Below are positions 1 to 12,000 of a DNA stretch of 64,000 nt, one piece after another. Every line of letters starts with the position of its first letter. Within the stretch, counting starts at the first letter, position 1. The notes under the pieces were generated by a model, which did not search any database, was not told where the DNA came from, and saw only the letters and a list, made by a program, of their open reading frames with translations. The translations under genes were made by a program, and so were the position numbers. The stretch is from Phallusia mammillata (Eukaryota), in NCBI GenBank assembly GCA_965637545.1, contig OZ281495.1, positions 20,212,001 to 20,276,000 of the forward strand, read 5' to 3'.

Positions 1-1
1 G

Positions 2-3000
2 CTTAGTGCTCAGCTTGAAAATGCTTACAGGGATGTGGATAAATTAAAACGAGATCATGATAAGGAGGTTTGCAAACTTTGCTTTGTAATTTTCTGATTT
101 AACTCCTGTTTCGGCATTTGTCTGGATTTGTATTTTTTGCAATTTAGGTAATTCAACTTAACCAGCAGTTAGTAAGCACTGTAGATGAGTATGAAACCAA
201 ACTTATGGAAGAAAAGGCTTTATGTGAAGATTTGGAAAACAGACTGGAAATGTCAGATACTGGTAGGTTTTACTTGGTGACAAATTTTTTTCTGTTCACT
301 GTATGTTAAATGTTTTGTGATTGTAATGTCCATCAACTGTTCTTATTTTGCAGTAAGTTCTGAAATACAAGCCTCATTTAGCAAACAGCTTGAGCAGTTG
401 GAAGAGGAAAGAGACACATTACGACAACAACTTCGTCAATCGCAAACTCGTGCTAAAGAAAGCAGTGTTTCCAAGAAACAAATTAAAGTAATTGCCATTG
501 TTTTGCACCTGAATTGGTATGTGTTGATGATTTTTTTTAAATTTGTGTTGAAAGGACTTGGAAGATGAAGTGGTTTCGTATCAGAAAGAACTTGCAGATG
601 CAACACAAAGAATAGAGGAGACAGAAAAAGCAAAAAGAAACCTACGAGATGATATTGAGCGAATGGAAGAATCTGCTGATAAACTGGTATTTATGTTTCA
701 ATACACTCTTTTTCCTATAATCCTTAGCAATGCGAAATATAAAAATTGAACAGCTTTTCTGTCGACACAGAAAAGTTACATATTTATATTTGTAATCCAC
801 TTGCTATGAATTTCCTAAACTTCTTGAATGTTTATAATCTCCTTTAATAAGTAGTTGACAAATGTTCATGTGCAGAAAAAAACAAAGTCTGCACTTGAAA
901 CTGAGCTTGAAGCAATGAAAGACCACCTCAATGAATCCAAGCTTGAAATGCAACAACTCAATGAAATGCATGAGAAGAAATCCAAAGAGGTACAACAGGT
1001 TCAAATGTATATTGCTAAGCAAGCTTTGTTAAATTAATTAAATGTCTCTCCCTTTTTCAAAGCATGAAGATTCACTTGCACAATTACAAGCCGATCTGGA
1101 CACAGTAACACAAACTGCAGTGCAGGACAAAGAAGACAATGAAAAGAAACTTCAAGACTGCAAGAATGAACATTCAGAAGAATTAAAAAATCTGCATTCA
1201 CAACACCACAGACAGGTAAAATTTTGTGCTGAAATCTGCTGCTGTTGTCATATTATTCTCAAATATATTACTTTACAAATTAAAACTTCTGCTCAAATTA
1301 TTGTGACATATAGGTGCAAAAAGTTTATTTTATTAGCTTTATTCAAATTTATACTTTCTAAGTTGTATGATTTTTTTAAATTTTGTTTAACTTCTCAATT
1401 AGAATAGTTTTGCAGAATGCATTTTTGTCATACAAGGTGAACCTGTATAATTAACATTCAAACAATAATAATAATAATGTATGTCATCTCCCGTTATCAT
1501 TTACATGTTGATATTACGTAGCTAATACGCTTACCTGTGCACACAAATTTGGCTAAATTATTGATGCAGCAAGCTAGTTGCATATGCATATAAAATATTC
1601 ATAGCTTTACTCTTTTTCCATTTCCCCAACTATTAGCACAAAACTCCGCTACACCATAGAGAAAGCTTCTTTCGAAAGTTTAAAGGTGCTTAAACAGTCC
1701 AGAATGGATGATTTTAGCCCTGAAAGTCAGTTGTCTTCAATGTTTGGCAGCAGTTCACAGACTTCCATGAAACAGTGTTCATCATGTGGTTGCGTTCGAG
1801 TGGTTTCTCGAATGCCCAACAGTGAGTTGAGGTTGATCAAATTTGGTCCAGCAGCCCTTGCTAAAGCTGCTGCTTTAAGTGATGACTTGAGTGACAGCGA
1901 TACAGACTCATGTTGTTGTATTTGCCATTTGGAAGATATTTCCCATTCCCCAAGTTTATCACCTTCCATGGAAGATTTAAGTTCGATACATGATGATCAG
2001 AGTTGCTCACTTGAGTGCTGTAAATGCTATAGTGTATGCAAAAATCTAATTAAGAAAGTAAGAGAAAGTGAAATGGTTTACAGCTTAAACCTGCTAAAAA
2101 AGTCCATTAGATTTGTATTCAAGTTTAAATTTATTTTTAGATGGATGAAGTGAAGGTTGAAATGCAGCGACAACTTGATGCTACAAGAGCACAAATGGAA
2201 AATGAACGAAAAGGACAATTGGAATCTGTCAAAGATGTAAGTTTCTTTTTCATTGCAGGTTTAAAAAGTGTTGACAAAAAATATCTAAACTTTCCGTAAA
2301 GCAGTGTTCTCTACAAAACTTAATATCTTTTATTGGGTAATATTTTTGGCTTTAAAAGTATGACTAAAAGTTGTTGGAATATTTTCTTCCATTCCAGTCA
2401 GTAAATTTGAACGAGGAAATATAATATTTCAACTTGATTTTCCAACCCTGAAAAAAATAGTACTTTAAATTTGTTATTCACAAAAGTTCACAATGTGTTA
2501 AATTTAGGTTCATGAAAAGTCTCGTGATCGAGAAGTTGTCCGCATGCAAGAAGAACATGATGCCAAATTGCAAGAGCTAATTGATTCTCATCAGAAAGAA
2601 TTAAAATCATTAAGAATTGAAGCTGAGGAAATTAAGACATTTGGTGAAGAACGACTCCGCATAGAACTTAAGGTAACAAAAGCTAATACAAAATTGTAAA
2701 TATTTTTGCTAAATGGCTGATGCTATTTTTTAGGAAGAATTTGAGAATCAACTTGAGAAGGAACTTGATTTACTGCGAAGAAGATTGGATCAAGAAAATG
2801 AACTTTCACAAGCAGAGCTAGTGGAAAAACATAGAGATGATTTGGACAACCTTAAACAACAACACAAATCTGATTTGGAATGTATGTCAAGCTTTTGTTT
2901 TGTTTTAAATTTGATGCCAAATACAGTGATAAAACAAGCATTTTCATCTCAAAATCATTTAGTTTATGGTAAATATGTATTTTTTGTTTTTGGGAAGATC

Positions 3001-6000
3001 TTTTTATGAGACCTGTATTTTTCAAAAACAAGTTTTGTTGTTTGTAAATCTACTACAATTGACTACAACAGTGTAACTACGTATTTATCTGACATAATTG
3101 TCCTGCACTCTTTTCTGTGATAATTACTGGCAAATTATGGGCTTCAGGTCAAATGGAAGAAGTCTTGAAACAGCAGGGACTTGCCAATGAAAACACATTG
3201 CAAGCCCAAAAAGCAGAATTGGATGAAGCTTTGGAAGTGATGAAACTAGAATTCAAAAATGCTCAGGAGACTTTGGAACGGGAACATGCAGAATCTATTG
3301 CTAAAATAGAGGTTTGTTACATCACATTTATAATTGTAACAAAACCACAGCTACCACTTTTAAGGGCAAAAAAGAAAACAATGTAAATGTCAAGTTTGTT
3401 GATTTTGTTTGCTGTTGCCTTTTAAAAAAAATTGATCATTTTTTAATTCAAACTTGTTTATATGAAAGAAATATTTGTTAAATAGTTATAATTTAAATGA
3501 TTAAATAATAAAATTAAGTGACAAAACGCAGAACTAAAAAATGGCAATTTTATAAAGTAGATTCAACATATTTTTATGTTTCAACAAAATTTTTAATTCA
3601 GGCTGATTTTGGTAACATGCAAAGCGAGAAAGACAAGGCTGTAGAAAAAGTTTCAGTGGAAGCAGAGGAAGCTTTGAAACAAGCAAATCAACAGAGAGAA
3701 GAACTCAAAACTGAGGTAAACCCCCAATAAGTGTTAAAATGTTATATTCATGTTTGGTTAATATGTCACCACATGTTATAGTGGCATGGTGATTTAAACA
3801 TAAAAGCCTAATCTGCTTTACATTAATATCTGGTTTTATTGGAATATTAATATAACATGAAGCTTACACCAAATAGGGATTATACAAAGCCTTTCAAGTG
3901 ATATTGTTTGGTTTGGCATTATTTTTTTTCTGCCGAGACATTTAACATTTGTTTTACCCTGAAGTGTTTTAATAATACTCCATGAATCATTAAGAGGAAG
4001 TCAATGCAATTTTTGAGTAAAACCCAACTGTTTTGTGTTATAGATCTCAGATTTGCAGCAAAAACTACAGTCCTTGACAGAGGAACTTGGGCAGACAAAT
4101 GAAACGGCTTTGTTGAAACAAGACTCGCTTGATCAAGAGCAAGATATTCGGCAAGACATTGAACAGGAGCTTCAATCTTTGAAAGAAGAATTATCTGCTG
4201 TGCAAAATGAAAGAGACCAGATTTTTTCACAAGCTGAAGGTATACTTGTGGTTATGTTAAGAGCAATAAAAAGATATATTAGTGTTAAGTGTCGAGGACT
4301 GAGATTCTAAACCCTTTTTATATCTTTGCCCTTCCTTTTCAAGTTTTTAAAATATAAATTTACTCCTAAATTCATTCAACACTCTAATTTCACATATAAA
4401 AGCCTTTATGTGCTTACCTTGTTTGTGCATGTAAACATCAGGTTATGTGCCGTTGCTTGTTACTAGAGGTAGTTATTTGTTACAATGGTTACTAAACCAA
4501 AGTTACTATAATTGAAAAAAAACAGTTATACAGTTATAAATGACTTTTTTAAGGCACTGTTTCCATTGAATGAAGTTAAATAAACGGGCAGCGTCCATTT
4601 ATATATATCGAAAGGTAGAGCCAAAAACAATAGAGCATTGCAAATAAGTAAGATTCCTCATGTGGCTGGGTGTCTTTTAATGTAAACTGTAACAGCCTCA
4701 ACATGTAAACTGAATAAAAAGTGGTTAAATGTTACAGAAAGCCAAAAACGCTTGGCAGCTCTTCACCTTGAAGAAACAGAAAAACTGAATGATGAAATAG
4801 CCAATCTAAACAATGATCATCGGCAGAAAATTGAAAGCATGCAAATTGAAATAGATGGCTTGAGAACATCTAGAACTGATTTACAGGTATAAAAACTCTT
4901 GTGTAAACAGTAATATTAATGAATGAACCTGTGCTAATTTGTTGTGTTTGCGTTCTTAGGATCTTAAAAGCCAACTTTTGGCCAGAGCTGCATCAGTGGA
5001 AGATTTAGAAAAAATGAGAGCTGACTTTGCTGAAGAAAAAGAATCTCTCATAAAAATGCATGATGAAGAAATGGAAAAAATCAGGTTTTTGTTCAACCAA
5101 ATATATCTATGCAAGCACACATTTTTGGAACATCTCCTGTTTTAGAGACAAAACTATTCATTTTAACTAATTTTTTTGTAGATAACTGACAGTGAATACA
5201 TTTTGTTTGTTTTAAATATGCTTTTTAATGTAGGTTGGATCATGAAGAAGAAAGCAGAAATTATCAGGAGAAACTTGAACAGCTTCTATCTGACCTGAAT
5301 GCAAGTCAAGAGAAGTTAGCTGATATCAGTTCTTCCCCAATGCTACTGGAATCATCCCCCATGAGATCAGTATCTGCGATGTCAGACTATGATTCCAGCA
5401 ATGTTCAAGCACTCAACAAAGACTACAGAAGGCAAGAACAATATGTCAATGTCTTTGAAAACAATAGTTTTGCAGTTTAAAAGGTTCCCAATTAGTAGGA
5501 ATGTTAAATTGAATCCTTTGCTGTTTCTATCGGGTAATTAACACCAATATAAATTTGTGCTCCGACTGATTGTTAAAATGTAAACGCGAGCATTGTAAAA
5601 AAACAATGATTCCGTCAAGTAAATATGGCTTTCTGATACTTGGTTACATCAGTGGTTAAAACACGCAATAGGTTTTTTGCATAAGCTTGGCACTTTTAGC
5701 ATAAACGTTAATTTAAAAAAAATCTTATCAGTATTTTTTTCTGCAGCGCAATGACTCTCACCAATGTATCAGATGTTTCTGGGTTGAGTGAAACTCCTTT
5801 GGATGAAGAGGATGAAGAAGAAGAAAGCAAAGATAAAACAGCTGATGAGAAGCATCTTGAAGAGGAAATACTAAAACAGCAACTTGAAGAAATGAAACGA
5901 GTTTTAGATGAAGTTCAACAAGAACTGGAAAAGTATGTTGATTTCTTTCTACCGTTTTTTGCTGTTTTGACTCACTTTTGTTTTGAATTAAAGATTTGTA

Positions 6001-9000
6001 AATGGAATTGACAAAAATCAATGACTATAAATGTTAACAATTTAACGCAGAAATCAGGCATCACATGAGGAAGTGGTTCAGTCTTTGATGGAAGATCATG
6101 CCCGTGCTATGGAGGAATTAAATCAAACTCAACAACAAGACAAAGAAACTGTATTGGAAGAATTAAGAACACAGCATGAACAAGGTAAGACTGTTTTGTT
6201 TGAAGTGTTTTTTTGCGACTGGTTTCTGTTAAAGTTAAATTTTTTACTTATATATTTTTATACTTCCGCATTTCAGCCATGAACACTTTGAGAAAAGAAC
6301 TAGATGAAGCAACAAAGGTTATAAGAGAAGACCACCCCCATGAAATCATGCAAATTAGATTGCAGTGTGCCTCAGACACTGCTAAACAGGTATGAAACTA
6401 TGCAAAAAACTGATCTTTTTATCCAAAAGAGTTTTACCCTTTTTCAAGGTTTTTGTTGCAATAAGTGTATAATTATATGATGTAATAAGACATGGTTGAT
6501 GTTTTAAATATAATTGGGTATTGTGGATAATAATTAATCCCTTTGTTGTTTAAACTTTAAAGCGATTTTCAAACCGAGAATCATGTTTGTCACAAAATAT
6601 TTGCTTTTTCTCATGTTTTAATCCTTGATGATAAGATGTTGGTGTGCTTGGCAATACTAAAATGTCATTTGAGAAAAACAGTTTGTTTGTGTATAACAAG
6701 ATTAAATGTTTGTTTATATATTACATGTTTGAGAACTAGCGCTTTTGAATCACATGTGTTATAATGTCATACATATTTACTAAGTTGTTGCCAACTTGCA
6801 TATGTATTTTTTTTAACAAAAAAGGATGATTAGTAGAATGTGTAATTGTTTGTGTTTATTTGAATCTAAAAAAGTTGTTTTTAATGGCACAGGTGGAAGA
6901 GGAGACGGAAGCATTAAAGAAAAAATTGGAAGACCAATTTAATGTCGACAAGGATTCGTTAAAACAGCAACTTGAAATAGAAGCAAATGAAAAATTGGAA
7001 GAAGAAAAACAGAAACACCAAGAAGGTAAACATGTTATGAAATTCATGTTAGACCAGCGATTCTGTGATCTTACTGTTGTGGTTCGATGAAGCAGTAACA
7101 GTAGGTTCAACAGGTGTACAGCAAATTGTAAAAATTAAATTATGTGCGTTAAGGAATTAAATTAGGAGGTTTGGCAAAGTTTATTAAAGGGGCTTTTATC
7201 GCTGAAATAGCACAGGCTTTGGCAACCTTGTTTTGTTTAGAACTGAGCAAGCAGTCTGATGAAATGTCAGCCTCTATGGAAAGCAGACTGGCAGCTGTTA
7301 TGGCTGAACTTCATGAACAAAAACAGGTATTACAAAATCAACTGTTTTAATGTAATGTCATTGCAAGGAATGTTTTAGTAATACTGGCATATGCCAAGCT
7401 CATGTAGTACCCAGCTACTTATCATGCATCACACATATTGTGTCCAATTTCTCACCAATTTGCCAAACATGTACAAAATAATACACAGGCAATATAATAC
7501 TGAAAATACAGAATACTGAAGTTTAGTTATGATGCTAAAATCATCAATCGTCTTCTCCATATATATACTTGTAATTTAAACAAATGTTCCTTTTTCAGAG
7601 TGTAAATTTCCATATTATGTTTCTTTATACTTGTTAATCGTGTATATTTTTTAGCAATCTATTGCCAAGCTGTCTGGTGAACATGCTACAGAAATGACTC
7701 GGCAAAAAGATGATCTACTCAGCAAATTAAAAGAGGTGGAGGACAAAGAACAAGAAATCAGTGAGACATGGAAAAAGGAGAAACAAGATTTAGAGTCTCA
7801 AGTTGATCAGTGAGCGCAAATTAATGCAAATTTGAATGTAAAAACATGCATTGTATAAACTTCATTACAGGTTAAGGTCTGAACTAGAAAGAAGCATCAA
7901 ATCATACCACCAACTTACTAATGATCTGGAAACAGGGAGCAGTGAACATTTACAGTAAGCTAATAAAAACATTTGTATGTAAACTGTTTTGCTATTTAGT
8001 AGTTTGTTTCATGAAACTAATTCACAAAAGAGAACCAGAGTTTTGTGAGCTTTTGTGATTAACCATTAGTTTCTCAGCATTAAAAATTTGCAAACTGGCC
8101 TAAAATCTCATTGCCAAATGTATTAATGTTAGTCTACTATCCTTTTTTGATGTAGCACGTTACAAGCCCAGCACAGTGAAATGTTGGAAAATCAGCGCAA
8201 GAAGCTCGAAGAGGAGCATGAAGTGAGACAAGAGGCTGCTCTACAAAAACAGGCTCAAGTTTACCAACAGGTACTTGACTCTACAACTGTTATGATTTAA
8301 ATTTTACATCAACCAATTACATTTCATGGGGCAAATTAATTTTTCTGATTGACTTAGAAAACAACGGGTGGTAGTAAACTATGCATAGGTGCGTAGTTTG
8401 TTTGGTGAAATGATTTACTGGTTAGTATTGTTGTGAAACTTGTAGAAAGTCAATAAATAGTGAAAGGATTTGACATTATTGTTAGAGATTTTGTTTTTGC
8501 TTTTATGACCAGCTTAAGCAAGTGCAGATTTTTTTGTTTTGTTATGCAGGCACAACAGGAATTTGTTCTGCTTCATCAACAACAACTTGAGCAGTTTACT
8601 TCATCACAAAAGGACGAGGCTCTCGGTAAAGAGGAAGAAACAGAAAGGCGAATTGAAGCTATGAAGGAGGAACTGGCCAAACAACATGCAGAGGAAACAT
8701 CAAAGATACAGGAGAACCACAATGAAGAGGTAAAGTTGTGTTCATATACATAACCATAGTTGTCTTATGAATGGGTATGCCATCGCATTTATGAGCACCT
8801 GAATATTTTGTATTGACTGTGGTTGTATGGCTGTATCTATTGCACCCCTCGTTTACAGGATACTCAGGTTTTGCACAGTCTAGGTCAATAGTTCTTGTTC
8901 AATAAAAATACACCAAATACCAATTGTGCCCAATAAGTTTTTTCACCTCTCTAGGTGCTTCTAGTTATACTTTGCTTGGAAATTAGAAATATTTTGGCGA

Positions 9001-12000
9001 TACTGAATTATTGTTTAATTCGACAGCTTAAAGTGGTTGCCACAAAACTGGTGGAAGTCCATGAAGATAAGCAGCAGGTCGAAGTGGAAAAGGTTTGTTG
9101 TAACCTAAATTTGTAGAATTTTTTGCTGGGGTACTTTCTAGCTTACTTGTAGCTGGGATCATAGTAAAATCTAAAAATAAAATCTCCAAATTCTAAGCTT
9201 TTTTAATTGTGACATCAATATTTGTGTGTGTCAATGAACCTGTCTATACTATCACATAATGTAATTAGTATTATGAATGTTATGTGCACATTATTACAAT
9301 TTAACCTAAAATAGGAGTGAAAAAACAATACAGATGTATAAAAGTTGGGTATGGTCTAAAACAGTGGTTCCCAACCTGGGGTTCGCGGACCCCCAAGGGG
9401 TCCGTGAGATGGTCTCAGGGGGTCCGTGAAGGCAAACATTTGTAGTAGTATTAACAACAGTACAATGTTTGTAAGTTCCCAAACCGTTTTTACAATCCTG
9501 CATCTGAGTGCAAGTTTATCAAATGCTTGGATTAGGAAAACTTGTATTTGTTACCTCCATTGTGACATCACAACACACATTAACAATAGAAGTTATTGTG
9601 CTTTGTTTCAAGTATTGTACACCAGAAAATTTATCTCTTCGTTGCATTAACTGCTACAGTACAGAACTTTATTGAGATTGAGGGACTGTGAAGGTTGATT
9701 AAAATTCTGCCCTATAAAGCGAAAGTATAATAATGTATATATAATGCAGGAAACGAAAAACATAACAAAACTAAATTATGTTGGGGGTCCGCGAACCTAT
9801 AAAATTTATAAAAGGGATACGTGACTGCAAAAAGGTCGGGAATCACTGGTCTAAAATCATCCCAAAGCCATCTTTGTGAGTTAAATATGTTGTGGTTTTT
9901 ATTGATTCAACATTAAAAAAACATTATCAGTTAACAATTTTTGTGATTTTGTATGGAAATCTTAGGATTGGGTGATAAATTCCAAAATTTTCTGTTACCT
10001 TCAAATTTGAACCTAATTGTCTCCAATAGAATGAGCTTGGAAAACTCGTTGATACCCTTCGTGCTGAGAAGGAAAATGAACTTTCTGAATTAAAATCAAC
10101 ACTTGTTGGGCAACACATGGCTAAGTTTCAGGTTGGTCACAAAGTGTTGTTAAATTTGTTGATGACACTTTTAAGGACATTTGAATTGGTTTATGCAACA
10201 CTATTCATACTTTTTGGAATTAGGCTTTTGATTTATAATGTAATCTGAATGTAACTAGTTAACAACCGAATGTACAGAAAAAGTATATATATGTTTATTG
10301 TCTTTGGGCGATTGTAACATACAGTTCAAACTAGAAGACAAAGTAAATGAAACATAATTCTTTGACAGAACTGTGTTTTGTGACTCTGACTTAACCTTGT
10401 TCTATATAGCTGGCATATATGAGACTAAAATGTAAAATATATTACAATACATGTACACCCTTAATATACTGCATACCCGTGTGGCACTTTGTATGCATTA
10501 ACCAAGTAATTTAAATCACCAAGGAGATTACTGCAACTCTGGAACAACATCACAAGGATGAGATGGAAGCTTGTTTGGAAGAACACAAGCAAGAGGAAGC
10601 TAAACTTCGAGAAGGACTGATTATGCTCCAGAAGAAACTGGATGCTGCTGATGAAGACTTAAAGAGTCAACTTCAGTCTCAACAAGAGGAACATGAAACG
10701 CAAATGAATGAAGTGAAAAAACAAAATGAAGAACTACTTTTACAAATTGAGCAGGTAAACATTTGCTTAGAATAAAAAAGTGGGCAATTTGTCCATGAAA
10801 AAATTTAGCCTTAAAGTAATTGTGTTTTTATTTTATTTTGATAGGAAATTCAGGCCCAGGAAGTTGCACATAAGGAGGGTATGAAGAAAATTCTTTCTTC
10901 ACAAGGCAGTGAGCTGGAAATTCTTCAGCAACAATTTGATGAAGCTTTGAAAAAAGCCACAGAAAGCAGTGTTGTTGAAACACAGGTAAATTTTCTATTA
11001 ATATTAATGATCTCTTACTGGTTTGTTGTAATGAATACTGGTGGTTGTGATCAGGCGTACTGTTGTTGACTGTAATAATGCATAATTCAGTTTAACTTTT
11101 GGAAATTTTGCAATGGTTTCGATATAAGCATTAAAGTTTGTTTGGTTCATCTGATGCAAGAGTTTCAATTACCTATTTTGGTAATTATGTATCTTAACAG
11201 TTGTACTTAGTGTCTCAGTTATTACTATGACTGTTTCAACTTTCAAAAGCAGTTTATAGGACCTATTAATCGGTGTGTTTGACATTGGTTTAGTCAATGT
11301 TTGTTTTTGACTCTCCTTTACTGAGCAAACTTAAAATGCCAGAATAAACCAGCAACCAGTCAAGTGTTAACAACAAAGGTCTGTTAGACTTTAACATCAT
11401 AATGCACTTCTCAAGTAGGTAATTTAAGTCATAAAATGTACAAACATGGCAGTTTTTGAGTTTTAAAATTAACTGACACTGACTGGAATAAAAAAGTCAC
11501 ATAGTGAGTGATAGGTCCAAGTATTTCACCAGTAAAATGTCGGTTGATTTTTTTTGTAAAGAAACTTGCTGAGAGAGTGGGTGAGTTAGAGACGGAATTA
11601 CAAGAGACAGATTCCCTTCAACATGAGATGGAACAATTAAAGGTTCAACGTGATGAACTGATTGAAGCTGCAGATAAACATAATTCTATAATGCAAAACT
11701 GGGAAGAAGAAAGAGATGAAGAGCGAAAAGCATACGAAGAAAAATTGGTAGAGGTAGGTGAAAAATGGTAGTATTGACATTGAATATTATAAAAACTAAA
11801 ATTTTTATTCTGTTGCTTTCCACACAATTTAAACCTAAATAGAATTACATTTCAGTCAGTTTGTTTTAAGCATTAACCAGTATTGTGGTTTTGTCATGTA
11901 AACAAATGACAGCACAAACAGACATCCTAATCAATTTCAATTATTGTTGAATTGGTCAAATTGTATTATATTCTGTGCTAATATTTTGCATAATGTTTGA

